Virus record (IMG/VR): IMGVR_UViG_3300020044_001396
Coordinates: 1-25,149 of that record
From: a virus
Taxonomy: Duplodnaviria > Caudoviricetes
Length of the DNA stretch: 25,149 bases
Strand: one strand, 5' to 3'
Positions within the stretch are counted from its first letter, which is position 1. Every line of letters starts with the position of its first letter. A program made the position numbers and the translations under genes. This document shows, piece by piece, positions 1-8,434 of the stretch. The notes under the pieces were generated by a model. The model was given only the letters and a program-made list of their open reading frames with translations. It had not been told where the DNA came from and ran no database searches.

Positions 1-2
1 TC

Positions 3-1682
3 CGGCATGACTTGCCTCTGATCAACCGCATCCTTGGGCTTAACCTGAACCACACCAAGTTTGTTGATACACTAGGATTGTCGTGGTACATCAACTTCAG
101 TCGTGACCGTCATGGCCTAGAGCAATATGGCATTGAGTACGGTGTCCCTAAGCCTAAGGTCACAGACTGGAACAATTTGACGCCAGAGGATTACGCCCAT
201 CGTGTCCGAGAGGATGTCAAGATCAACTGGAAGCTCTGGAAGGAACTGGAACGTAAGCTCAAGTCTCTATATGGCACTGAGGAAGAAAGCCTTCGTCTGA
301 TCCAGTACCTCTCGTTCAAGCTAGACTGTGCTAGAGAGCAAGAGGCTAACCCGATCACTATGGACATGGAGGCTGTCAGGACCCACTTCCAGACACTCTC
401 TGACCTTCAGGCACACAAGATGGAAGAGCTTTCTAAGGTGATGCCCAAGAAGCCTATCTACAAGCAGGTTAACAAGCCTACTGTGATCTACAAGAAGGAC
501 GGTGGTATCAGTGTGGCTGGTGCAAACTGGTTCCAAACCCTAAACGAACTGAAACTACCTAGCGATGTGGTTGGACCTGTCAACGTCCTGATGGGATATC
601 AAGACGGTAACCCTAACAGCCACGAGCAGGTCAAGGATTGGTTGTTCAGTCTAGGTTGGAAGCCCAAGACGTTCAAGTACGTCAAGGAAGACGATGGCTC
701 AGAGCGTAGCATACCACAAATCAAGAGTGGTGATGAGCTTTGTGACAGTGTGGTTGAGTTGGCTGAAGAGGTCCCTGAAATCCAGTTGCTCGTAGACATG
801 GGGATCATTCAGCATCGTAAAGGTGTGTTCAAAGCCTTCCTTGATAATGCAGTGGACGGTAAGATCGCAGCGACTATTGGTGGTCTCACCAACACGTTCA
901 GGTTCCAACATCGAAAGCCTATCGTGAACCTCCCTAAAGTGGACAAGCCTTGGGGTAAGGAGATACGTGGCTGCATTGTGGCCCCTGAGGGGATGACCTT
1001 GTGTGGCTCAGACATGGTCAGCCTAGAGGATACCACCAAAAGGCATTATATGAAGCCTTACGACCCTGACTACGTGGAGGAGATGAGTAAGCCGGGGTTT
1101 GACCCCCACCTCGACCTTGCCACCTTTGCTGGTGCTGTAACGAGTGAACAGGTTGAACAACACAACAGAGGCGAGATTAACCTGAAGGCTATCCGTAGTC
1201 AGTATAAAGCTGCTAACTATAGTTGCGTCTACGGTGTTGGTAAAGCCAAGCTGGCCCGTACTGTTGGGATCACACCTAAGCAGGCAGCTAAGTTGATTGA
1301 GGATTACTGGAGCCGTAACTTCTCGGTCAAGAAGGCTGTAGAGAAATTCGAGATGAAGGTCTTGGGTCCGTACATGTGGGTCAAGAACCCTGTGTCTGGC
1401 TTCTGGCACAATCTCCGTTCTGAGAAGGATGCTTTCTCTACTGTCAACCAAAGCACAGGTGTCTACGCCTTCGATACTTGGCTTTACTATGTACGTGAAC
1501 AAGGTGTTGTGGTTAACTTCCAGATGCACGATGAGAAGGGTTCCTACCTCCCTGATGGAAATGAGGAGGACCACAAGAAGAAGCTCTTGTTGGCTATCGA
1601 GAAGACTAACCAGAAGCTGAAACTTAATGTACAACTGAGTGTAGATGTTCAATTTGGATTGACCTACGCGGATGCTCATTAA
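3..1682 (+). CDS. polA: Family A DNA polymerase (T7-like), 5' end outside the window
   Basis: Frame is open from the window edge (RHDLPLI, ExoII-like). ExoIII-like YAHRVREDV; TNTFRFQH..P..NLP; motif A GSDMVSLE; motif B RSQYKAANYSCVYG; motif C QMHDE; C-terminal YADAH. Confidence 0.96.
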   Translation, partial: RHDLPLINRILGLNLNHTKFVDTLGLSWYINFSRDRHGLEQYGIEYGVPKPKVTDWNNLTPEDYAHRVREDVKINWKLWKELERKLKSLYGTEEESLRLIQYLSFKLDCAREQEANPITMDMEAVRTHFQTLSDLQAHKMEELSKVMPKKPIYKQVNKPTVIYKKDGGISVAGANWFQTLNELKLPSDVVGPVNVLMGYQDGNPNSHEQVKDWLFSLGWKPKTFKYVKEDDGSERSIPQIKSGDELCDSVVELAEEVPEIQLLVDMGIIQHRKGVFKAFLDNAVDGKIAATIGGLTNTFRFQHRKPIVNLPKVDKPWGKEIRGCIVAPEGMTLCGSDMVSLEDTTKRHYMKPYDPDYVEEMSKPGFDPHLDLATFAGAVTSEQVEQHNRGEINLKAIRSQYKAANYSCVYGVGKAKLARTVGITPKQAAKLIEDYWSRNFSVKKAVEKFEMKVLGPYMWVKNPVSGFWHNLRSEKDAFSTVNQSTGVYAFDTWLYYVREQGVVVNFQMHDEKGSYLPDGNEEDHKKKLLLAIEKTNQKLKLNVQLSVDVQFGLTYADAH

Positions 1683-2128
1683 TGGAACAGATGACAAAAA
1701 TATGCACAGTTTGCAACCTAGAGCTACGAAAGGAGGCTTTCTATAACTGTAAAGCCACAAAAGACGGCAAGAGTTATCGTTGTAAGTCTTGCGACAGGGT
1801 TTGTGCAAACAACTATAAAAAGACCCAGTACTTAAAGCACAGAGAGCTTAGGAGAAAAGTTCAAAGGAAATCTAAGTACGGCTTGACCGAAGATGGTTTT
1901 GATGAGTTGCTAAAGTCACAAGATGGTCTTTGTGCTATTTGTAATGTAGTGTTAGACCAAGGCTGGACTAGGCAACACAAACCGAACAAACTCGTTGTAG
2001 ACCACAACCATAAAACAGGTGAGGTTCGTGGCCTACTATGCACAATGTGCAACAAAGGTATAGGCTTACTGAAGGATGACCCTGCCATCTTGGAGAGGGC
2101 TTTGGGCTACCTAAACAGAACTCACTAA
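1682..2128 (+). CDS. Free-standing HNH endonuclease, endonuclease VII-like
   Basis: N-terminal CxxC..CxxC zinc ribbon; KYGLT...Q.G.CAIC...VDHNHKTGEVRGLLCTMCNKGIG signature; start overlaps the polA stop (TAATG). Confidence 0.9.
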   Translation: MEQMTKICTVCNLELRKEAFYNCKATKDGKSYRCKSCDRVCANNYKKTQYLKHRELRRKVQRKSKYGLTEDGFDELLKSQDGLCAICNVVLDQGWTRQHKPNKLVVDHNHKTGEVRGLLCTMCNKGIGLLKDDPAILERALGYLNRTH

Positions 2129-2138
2129 AGGGACTAAC

Positions 2139-2216
2139 ATGGATATGACCTATGACGAATACCTAGCATTCTATCGTCACTTTTTTGTGGTAAACGAGAA
2201 GAAATACTACTTCTGA
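2139..2216 (+). CDS. Small hypothetical protein (25 aa, MDMTYDEYLAFYRHFFVVNEKKYYF)
   Basis: ATG at 2139 preceded by AAAGGGA; fills the gap after the HNH gene; too short for the ORF track. Confidence 0.4.
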   Translation: MDMTYDEYLAFYRHFFVVNEKKYYF

Positions 2217-2219
2217 CCC

Positions 2220-2250
2220 TTGACGAATCTGTAACTACAACATATATAAC
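2220..2250 (+). promoter_or_regulatory. Putative sigma70-type promoter upstream of ssb
   Basis: TTGACG (2220-2225), 17-nt spacer, TATATA (2243-2248) in an AT-rich intergenic gap. Confidence 0.6.
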
Positions 2251-2276
2251 TTGACCCGACAACGAAAAGGTTTCAA

Positions 2277-2882
2277 ATGTCGCAGAATAAAACGAAGTAC
2301 GTCACTCTTGATGCTGAACTTGAGTATGCTCAGGTGTTCTACGAGAACCGTGACATGGGTAACGAGCAAGTGGACCACAGCGACACTGATGGTGTCTACA
2401 AGGTCACCTTGATCCTTGATGAAGAGAACAAGGAGAAGGCTCTCCAAGCTGGTTGCCCTGAGAAGCAAGGTGCATACTTCCAGTTCAAACCCTTTGAGCG
2501 TGATGGTAAGACCCTGTACAAGTTCACTGTGCGTCGTCCTCATCTGCACCCGAAGTTCATGAAGCAAGATGAGCAAGGTAACCCAACTGATGAGCGTTTG
2601 GTTCTGGGTGCTCCTCAAGTGTTCGACCTGAACCTTGCTAAGGCTGCTTGGGTCGAGGCTGGTGAGAAAGGTCGTATTGACCAGTATGCCCTGCCTTGGA
2701 CCAAAGATGATGGTCTTCTGGGTAATGGCACTCTGGGTAAAGTCAAGTTGGCTATCCAGTCTGGTGTGGGCGTCCACGGTAAGGCTAAGGGTAAGAAGTT
2801 CACTAAGGTTGAACTTATGGGTGTGGGTATCACTAACCTCGTCGAGTATGCTGGTGCATCTGGCAATGGCGGTTGGGACTAA
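2277..2882 (+). CDS. ssb: Single-stranded DNA-binding protein (T7 gp2.5-like, putative)
   Basis: 201 aa next to polA; YAQVF...GVYKVTL...LGNGT.GKV...V.ITNLVEY pattern typical of phage SSBs; has its own promoter and terminator. Confidence 0.7.
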   Translation: MSQNKTKYVTLDAELEYAQVFYENRDMGNEQVDHSDTDGVYKVTLILDEENKEKALQAGCPEKQGAYFQFKPFERDGKTLYKFTVRRPHLHPKFMKQDEQGNPTDERLVLGAPQVFDLNLAKAAWVEAGEKGRIDQYALPWTKDDGLLGNGTLGKVKLAIQSGVGVHGKAKGKKFTKVELMGVGITNLVEYAGASGNGGWD

Positions 2883-2888
2883 TAGGTT

Positions 2889-2908
2889 GGGGCTTCGGCC
2901 CCTTTCTT
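2889..2908 (+). terminator. Rho-independent terminator
   Basis: GGGGC-TTCG-GCCCC hairpin (cUUCGg tetraloop) followed by TTTCTT, just after the ssb stop. Confidence 0.85.
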
Positions 2909-2939
2909 ACCACACATGTCAAATAGCTGAGAGGACCAA

Positions 2940-3140
2940 ATGATTAAAAAGCTGTGGATCGATACTGTAACACAAACTCAAGTGCAACCAGTGGTTTTTG
3001 AACTGTTGTATTTTAAAGAGTGCGATGAGTATGAAGTTGTATATAATGACGGTGAGCTTGCTATTAGCTTTTCCTCCGAAAATTTTAGTAAAGCAATGAA
3101 CCTGATGATGCAGGACATCTCGACTTTCCAACAAAAGTAA
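2940..3140 (+). CDS. Hypothetical protein (66 aa)
   Basis: GAGAGGA RBS, ATG start, co-oriented with the operon. Confidence 0.7.
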   Translation: MIKKLWIDTVTQTQVQPVVFELLYFKECDEYEVVYNDGELAISFSSENFSKAMNLMMQDISTFQQK

Positions 3141-3151
3141 GCGGGTTCAAC

Positions 3152-3337
3152 ATGACGTATTACGAATTTCTATCTAAGGACGTTGAGGCTAACCGAGATA
3201 CCTTGGTGTCACGAGGTGATGTTGAATATCTGGGTGATGTCCTTGAGTTGTTTCTGGCTTTCCTTCAAGGGACTGGTTACTCTTATGTGACTAAGATTGT
3301 GGCTGTCTCTGATGACAAGGAGTGGGAGACGCAATGA
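3152..3337 (+). CDS. Hypothetical protein (61 aa)
   Basis: Co-oriented; stop overlaps the thyX start (ATGA). Confidence 0.7.
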   Translation: MTYYEFLSKDVEANRDTLVSRGDVEYLGDVLELFLAFLQGTGYSYVTKIVAVSDDKEWETQ

Positions 3338-4041
3338 AGGTTACATACATCGATCATTGTGGTTCGGACTTGACTACAGTTAATGCAGCTAGGGTCAGCT
3401 TCGGCAAAAAGAGCTATGCAGAGGGGTGGGATTGCATCGACATTAAGGGCCGATCAGGTGACCTTGTAGCAGTCTTGTCCGATAAGGACATTAAGCTGAT
3501 CAAGTACCTTGCTGAACACAAGCACTACAGTCCCTTTGGTCACGCCTTCGCTTCCTTTCACGTCAAAGCCCCTATCTTCGTGGCACGACAACTAGTCAAG
3601 CACAAGTTCCTTCGGTGGAACGAGATTAGTCGTCGATACGTAGAGGATGAACCTGAGTTCTATGTGCCTGAAGTTTGGCGTGGTAAAGCTCAGGACAAGA
3701 AGCAAGGCAGTGATGGTGTCGTCTTGGACGAAGGTCTTTATTCTTTCGATAGCTTATCGGACGCTGTAAGTTCTTTTGCTGGTGAAGACGTAGCTCTGTA
3801 CCAAGCTCTCCTTAAACGTGGAGTAGCACCTGAACAAGCCCGTCTGGTTCTACCACAATCTGTTTTTACGGAGTGGTACTGGTCAGGTTCACTAGATGCC
3901 TTTGCCAGTATGTGTGCTCTACGCCTCAAGGACGACACGCAATACGAGACCCGTGTAGTTGCACAACAAGTAGACGAAGTGATGGTTAAATTGTTCCCTC
4001 ACTCATGGACAGCCTTAATGGAGAAACCTAATGATGATTGA
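3334..4041 (+). CDS. thyX: FAD-dependent thymidylate synthase ThyX
   Basis: VNAARVSF, HYSPF, APIFVARQLVKHK..WNEISRRY, PEQAR.VLP, LR...TQYE motifs; ATG at 3334 with GGAG upstream. Confidence 0.96.
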   Translation: MKVTYIDHCGSDLTTVNAARVSFGKKSYAEGWDCIDIKGRSGDLVAVLSDKDIKLIKYLAEHKHYSPFGHAFASFHVKAPIFVARQLVKHKFLRWNEISRRYVEDEPEFYVPEVWRGKAQDKKQGSDGVVLDEGLYSFDSLSDAVSSFAGEDVALYQALLKRGVAPEQARLVLPQSVFTEWYWSGSLDAFASMCALRLKDDTQYETRVVAQQVDEVMVKLFPHSWTALMEKPNDD

Positions 4042-4297
4042 TACAGCAAAGGCTGATGCACTCAAGGAACTACTGAAGAGTGGTCAGGGCTACTACGATG
4101 CTTTCTACGAAATCTCAGATGCTGTCATTGTTCAAGCTCTTGTAGAAAACATTCGTGATCTCTCGGATGAACACAATGATCCCTTTGAGACGCCTGACAA
4201 CAAGGCTGCTGACCTTGCAGCATTCTATCGGGTCTTGCGGTATTACACGACTGCTGCGGACTATCGTGAGTTTGTAATGGAGTTGTCTAAGAAATGA
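4031..4297 (+). CDS. Hypothetical protein (88 aa)
   Basis: GGAG RBS; overlaps neighbouring genes by a few nt. Confidence 0.75.
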   Translation: MMIDTAKADALKELLKSGQGYYDAFYEISDAVIVQALVENIRDLSDEHNDPFETPDNKAADLAAFYRVLRYYTTAADYREFVMELSKK

Positions 4298-4527
4298 AGC
4301 TGGTAAGCGAAGAACAACAACGTCGTGACGTAACCATTAAGTTTACTCCTTATGAACAAGATGTTCTGTTGGCTATCTGTACCCGTATTGGTGGTCCCCC
4401 TTCTGGCCCGCGAAGTGTGGCAGAGGCTTTAAAGTTGATTTTGCGCGAAGCTGAAGCAGAAGATGTTTTTAACGTAAATAGTATAAAGGGGTCAGCAATT
4501 TATTTCGAGGATGATGTTCCGTTTTGA
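4294..4527 (+). CDS. Hypothetical protein (77 aa), ends in EDDVPF
   Basis: ATGA overlap with the previous gene; GGAG RBS. Confidence 0.7.
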   Translation: MKLVSEEQQRRDVTIKFTPYEQDVLLAICTRIGGPPSGPRSVAEALKLILREAEAEDVFNVNSIKGSAIYFEDDVPF

Positions 4528-5210
4528 CAAAGCTCCTCATTGATGGTGACACTCTAACCTATAGAGCAGCCTTCAGTAAGGATGGACAGACTGTTGGTGG
4601 TATTTGCGATAAGATTGATGAGTTGATCTCTAACATCTTGAATGCCACCAACCCTTATGCCACAAAGGAAGACTATCAAATCTTCTTGACTGGTAAAGGT
4701 AACTTCAGGAACGAACTCACTGATACATACAAACTCAATCGTGTAGCCAAAGAAAAGCCCTTGATGCTCGGGTTCGCTAGGAACTACATGATTGAGAAGT
4801 ATGATGCCACAGTGAGTGAAGGTCAGGAAGCTGATGATGACATTGCTATTGAGGCTACAAGACTTTACCCTGATTGTGTGATTGTGTCTATCGACAAAGA
4901 TTTTAGGCAGATACCGGGAACGATCTATAACCCACAAAGAGACAGTTGGGAGAAGGTCACTGAAGAGGCAGCTAGGCTTAACTTCTATGAGCAAGTCCTT
5001 ACAGGTGACGCTGTAGACAATATCATTGGTGTCTACAAGATTGGTCCTAAGAAAGCCCAGAAACTACTGGCTCCTTGTGTTACTGAGCGAGAGATGTACG
5101 AGGTCTGTGTCGAGGCTTACAGAGGTGATGTTGAACAAGTAATTCTTAATGCGAGGCTTTTGTGGCTAAGACGACAAGAAAACGAAATGTGGGAACCGCC
5201 AAGCGTCTAG
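4524..5210 (+). CDS. 5'-3' exonuclease / RNase H (T7 gp6-like)
   Basis: LLIDGD, NFR...YKLNR, EADD, SIDKD, GDAVDNIIGVYKIGPKKA motifs; TTG start after GAGG. Confidence 0.95.
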   Translation: MTKLLIDGDTLTYRAAFSKDGQTVGGICDKIDELISNILNATNPYATKEDYQIFLTGKGNFRNELTDTYKLNRVAKEKPLMLGFARNYMIEKYDATVSEGQEADDDIAIEATRLYPDCVIVSIDKDFRQIPGTIYNPQRDSWEKVTEEAARLNFYEQVLTGDAVDNIIGVYKIGPKKAQKLLAPCVTEREMYEVCVEAYRGDVEQVILNARLLWLRRQENEMWEPPSV

Positions 5211-5569
5211 GCTATCGATCTGGTCTAGAAGAGAAGGTTGCCACAAAACTTAAAGCGTCAGGTGTAGAGTTTGGATATGAGACCACAAAGATCAAGTATG
5301 TGGTTCCTGAAAGCGTCCATAACTATACGCCTGACTTTGTCTTTCCTAGTGGTGTTATCGTTGAGACTAAGGGTAGGTTCGTCTTGGCTGACAGGAAGAA
5401 GCACCTCTTGATCCAACAGCAACACCCTGAGCTAGATATTCGTTTTGTCTTTTCTAACTCTAAGGCTAAGATCAACAAAGGCTCCAAGACGAGCTATGGT
5501 GATTGGTGCAATCAACACGGCTTCATGTATTCAGATAAGGAAATCCCAGAAGAATGGTACAGATTGTAA
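5162..5569 (+). CDS. Endonuclease I / Holliday junction resolvase (T7 gp3-like)
   Basis: YRSGLEEKVA, YTPDF, VETKGRF, KHLLI.QQHPELDIRFVF, YGDWC...GF motifs. Confidence 0.96.
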   Translation: MAKTTRKRNVGTAKRLGYRSGLEEKVATKLKASGVEFGYETTKIKYVVPESVHNYTPDFVFPSGVIVETKGRFVLADRKKHLLIQQQHPELDIRFVFSNSKAKINKGSKTSYGDWCNQHGFMYSDKEIPEEWYRL

Positions 5570-5799
5570 ACGTACTTCGTGACCCTATCCACTCCAGTGA
5601 TGACCCTGATTGGGATATGGAAGATGATGGGTTTGGGCTACGCTACAATGAAGGTTATATCCTTGACGTTGTGGTCCGAGATGATCGTGGCGTCCTCTCT
5701 GAAGAGCAACTAATCTATGAAGACTTTGAAGATGCCATGTCTCTTGTGGACCACTTCATGGACCAGATTATTCCTGTTGAATGGGAGGAAAATCTCTAA
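5554..5799 (+). CDS. Highly acidic hypothetical protein (81 aa)
   Basis: AAGGA upstream of ATG; 23 D/E versus 4 R and no K. Confidence 0.75.
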   Translation: MVQIVNVLRDPIHSSDDPDWDMEDDGFGLRYNEGYILDVVVRDDRGVLSEEQLIYEDFEDAMSLVDHFMDQIIPVEWEENL

Positions 5800-5963
5800 T
5801 GGTACCTGTGTTCACCATCCTCAAGGCACACAACTTGGGGTCTTGGGTTTACCACAAAAGCTACTGGACCTATGAAGAGGCAGAGGATTACTTGAAGACT
5901 TCATCAGAAGTTACCTCTTACCAATATTGGAAGATTGAAAAAGTCTGGAGTTGGCCATTTTGA
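5799..5963 (+). CDS. Hypothetical protein (54 aa)
   Basis: GGAGG RBS and TAATG coupling favour the ATG at 5799 over 5781. Confidence 0.65.
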   Translation: MVPVFTILKAHNLGSWVYHKSYWTYEEAEDYLKTSSEVTSYQYWKIEKVWSWPF

Positions 5964-6235
5964 GTAGAGTCCCTTACACAATCAATGTCGATGAGTACAT
6001 TTGTGGTTGCCTTGAGCAAATCCGTAAGATGGTTGAAACTCACGACTTCTCCTCGCTTCTTGCTGTCACAGAGCGTATCCAATACCACGCAACTAAGATG
6101 GAGTCTGCCCTTTACTCCTACGAAGACATCAAGTACAAGATCAGTAGGAAGGTAGATAAAGAGGACCTCACTGACGAAGAGTTTCGTGATTATGCTCGTG
6201 ACCTCGTAAAGAAGTGGACCAAGGAGGATGAGTAG
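5951..6235 (+). CDS. Hypothetical protein (94 aa)
   Basis: Co-oriented and tightly packed; start codon uncertain (TTG). Confidence 0.7.
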   Translation: MAILSRVPYTINVDEYICGCLEQIRKMVETHDFSSLLAVTERIQYHATKMESALYSYEDIKYKISRKVDKEDLTDEEFRDYARDLVKKWTKEDE

Positions 6236-7001
6236 GACTGTCGTAGTCTGGACTTGCGCCCACGCTCATGGTGACGTAAGCAACAAACGCTTTACTTGGC
6301 TAGGTGACCTCATTGAAGACATCAAACCTGACTACTGCGTTGACCTTGGGGATGGTGCTGACATGCAGTCCCTTAATACCTATGACACACGGTACCCTGC
6401 TGCTATTGTGGCACAGTCCTACCAGCGTGACGTAGAGGCTTACAACGAGGCTCAAGATCGTATCTGGGGTCGTTACAAGATCAGTAAGAAGAAGCGTCCT
6501 TGGCGCATTGGCTTCGAGGGTAACCACGAAAACCGTATCAAGAAGGCTATTGCCCATGATCCACGTCTAGAAGGTGATCGTTATGGAATATCATTTTCCC
6601 ATCTTCAAACAGACCACTGGTTTGACGAGTACCACGAATACGCTAATTCCGGTCCCGCCCTCGCTGCTTATGATGGTGTGCTCTATGGTCACTATGTTTC
6701 TAGCGGCAATTTTGGTAGTGCAATGTCTACTAAGCATCATGGTTATAGTCTTGTTGAAAAGCTGGCCCATAGCTGCACTGTTGGTCACAGTCATAAGTTT
6801 CACTATTATCGGAAAGCTGATGCTCGACCTACACCGCTTAACGGTCTTGTGGCGGGTTGCTTCAAGGGTTCCGAAGAACGATGGGCCGGGCAGTCCAACG
6901 CCGATTGGAGTAAGGGCGTTGTGATCAAGCGTTACGTTGACAACGGTGACTACGATATTCAATGGGTATCTTTGAAAGCTCTGGAGAAGGCTTATGGCTG
7001 A
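6228..7001 (+). CDS. Calcineurin-like metallophosphoesterase
   Basis: Motifs CAH (in place of DxH), GDGAD, GNHE, H and GHSH; AAGGAGG RBS. Confidence 0.88.
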   Translation: MSRTVVVWTCAHAHGDVSNKRFTWLGDLIEDIKPDYCVDLGDGADMQSLNTYDTRYPAAIVAQSYQRDVEAYNEAQDRIWGRYKISKKKRPWRIGFEGNHENRIKKAIAHDPRLEGDRYGISFSHLQTDHWFDEYHEYANSGPALAAYDGVLYGHYVSSGNFGSAMSTKHHGYSLVEKLAHSCTVGHSHKFHYYRKADARPTPLNGLVAGCFKGSEERWAGQSNADWSKGVVIKRYVDNGDYDIQWVSLKALEKAYG

Positions 7002-7236
7002 AGGTGCAATCTTCCATTCTTGTGGTCATAGCGACATGTGGCGTCCTTCAGCAGGTTGGCCCCTGTACTACAAAGACCACACGAGTAAGGGCAATGACTG
7101 TATCGGCTTCGGGACTTACTGCCTAGAGTGCTACTTAGAGTTTCTTGGTACATGCCCTGACCAAGTGTTCATGTCTTGGAACGAAGCAGAAGAGTGGCTT
7201 AGTGGAAACGGAGTGACGAATGGGAAGAAAAGCTAA
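6994..7236 (+). CDS. Hypothetical Cys/His-containing protein (80 aa)
   Basis: CGH...CLEC could bind zinc; GGAG RBS; overlaps its neighbours. Confidence 0.65.
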   Translation: MAEGAIFHSCGHSDMWRPSAGWPLYYKDHTSKGNDCIGFGTYCLECYLEFLGTCPDQVFMSWNEAEEWLSGNGVTNGKKS

Positions 7237-7780
7237 TGTGGCGTCCAACAGCATTACCACAAAGCCTCGCAAGGAACGGGACTGGTATCCTACCCCTCGT
7301 AAGGCTGTAGAGCCTCTCTTGCCACACCTACCAGAGTATAGCTCGTTCTGTGAGCCTTGTGCTGGTGATGGGGCCTTGATGAAGCACCTAGACGAACTCA
7401 CTAATGGTGCCTTCTGGTGTCGAACAGCCTTTGACATTGAACCACAAGCTGATGGGATTACCAAGAGAGATGCCCTTACTCTTGAACCTATCGATGTCTT
7501 AGAGGTCAGCTACATCCTCACAAATCCACCCTTTGTGTGGTCAACACTACAGCCCATGCTGGACTTGTTCCCGACACTGAAACCAACTTGGTTGCTCTTA
7601 CCTTTCGGTTATGCTTGCAATAAGCGTATGGCACCCTATATGAAGATATGCCGGAAGGTAGTACCTATCGGTCGTGTCAAATGGATCGAAGACAGCAAGC
7701 AGTCCAGTACGGATGACTTTTTCTGGGGTCTGTTTGACAACGACTTTATTGGAACCACAAAACTGTATGCAAGAGAATGA
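7220..7780 (+). CDS. DNA amino-methyltransferase (likely N6-adenine)
   Basis: DWYPTP, SAM-binding EPCAGDGAL, catalytic TNPPF, LLLP motifs. Confidence 0.88.
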   Translation: MGRKANVASNSITTKPRKERDWYPTPRKAVEPLLPHLPEYSSFCEPCAGDGALMKHLDELTNGAFWCRTAFDIEPQADGITKRDALTLEPIDVLEVSYILTNPPFVWSTLQPMLDLFPTLKPTWLLLPFGYACNKRMAPYMKICRKVVPIGRVKWIEDSKQSSTDDFFWGLFDNDFIGTTKLYARE

Positions 7781-7917
7781 ACAGAGAACAGATCGAAGAA
7801 CTCCTTGAGACCTACGGATTTGAAGAAATCCTGATCCGCTTTAACCTGACTCCTTGGAAAACCCTAGAGCTTTTAGATGATCTGGGTTACATTATGTTGG
7901 AAGTATATGATGAGTGA
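7777..7917 (+). CDS. Small hypothetical protein (46 aa, MNREQIEELLETYG...)
   Basis: ATGA overlap with the methyltransferase stop; fills the gap to mazG. Confidence 0.7.
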   Translation: MNREQIEELLETYGFEEILIRFNLTPWKTLELLDDLGYIMLEVYDE

Positions 7918-7923
7918 TAACAC

Positions 7924-8262
7924 ATGACACGATGGGAACTAGACATTAAGTCCGACTTCGATGTGTTTCAAGAGGAGTGCAAGAAGACTGCTATCTACCC
8001 TAAGTCACAAGGCCTAGTGTATGTCACTCTAGGCTTGATGAACGAAAGTGGGGAGTTTGGTGGTAAGATCAAGAAGATGATCCGTGATGGACACATTGAT
8101 GACAAAGCTGCTGCACATGAACTCTTTGATGTGTTGTGGTATGCAGCTATGTGTGCTGAAGAGCTAGGCTATGACCTTAGTGAGGTTGCCAAGATGGGTC
8201 TAGACAAGCTACGGGATCGTCAACAACGTGGTGTCCTCAAGGGTTCAGGTGATTCAAGGTGA
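7924..8262 (+). CDS. mazG: MazG-like nucleotide pyrophosphohydrolase
   Basis: LGLMNESGE..GKIKK.IRD...ELFDVLWY...KL.DR..RG...GSGD signature. Confidence 0.92.
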   Translation: MTRWELDIKSDFDVFQEECKKTAIYPKSQGLVYVTLGLMNESGEFGGKIKKMIRDGHIDDKAAAHELFDVLWYAAMCAEELGYDLSEVAKMGLDKLRDRQQRGVLKGSGDSR

Positions 8263-8423
8263 CTGTTGATGAACTTATCACCAAGTTAGAGAAGATCAAA
8301 GACAAGAGCATCCCTGTTGTCCTTGTCGAGTGGTCTATCCAGAACCCAATGCTGGCTAAGGTTGATGTGACCACAAACAGGATCATTGTGCAACCACACC
8401 GACTAGCTATTATTATTGATTAA
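8259..8423 (+). CDS. Small hypothetical protein (54 aa, MTVDELITKLEKI...)
   Basis: GTGA overlap with the mazG stop; AGGTG RBS; common phage MTVxELIxKL N-terminus. Confidence 0.7.
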   Translation: MTVDELITKLEKIKDKSIPVVLVEWSIQNPMLAKVDVTTNRIIVQPHRLAIIID

Positions 8424-8434
8424 GAAAGAATAAC

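Noticed and set aside
1682-2128. HNH after polA as part of a second intron
   Set aside because: polA ends with a complete C-terminus (YADAH) and I found no P7-like elements or downstream exon.
2121-2133. CTCACTAAAGGGA matches the core of the T3 RNA polymerase promoter
   Set aside because: It is a single copy, the upstream specificity region does not match, it overlaps a stop codon and an SD, and no phage RNA polymerase is in the window.
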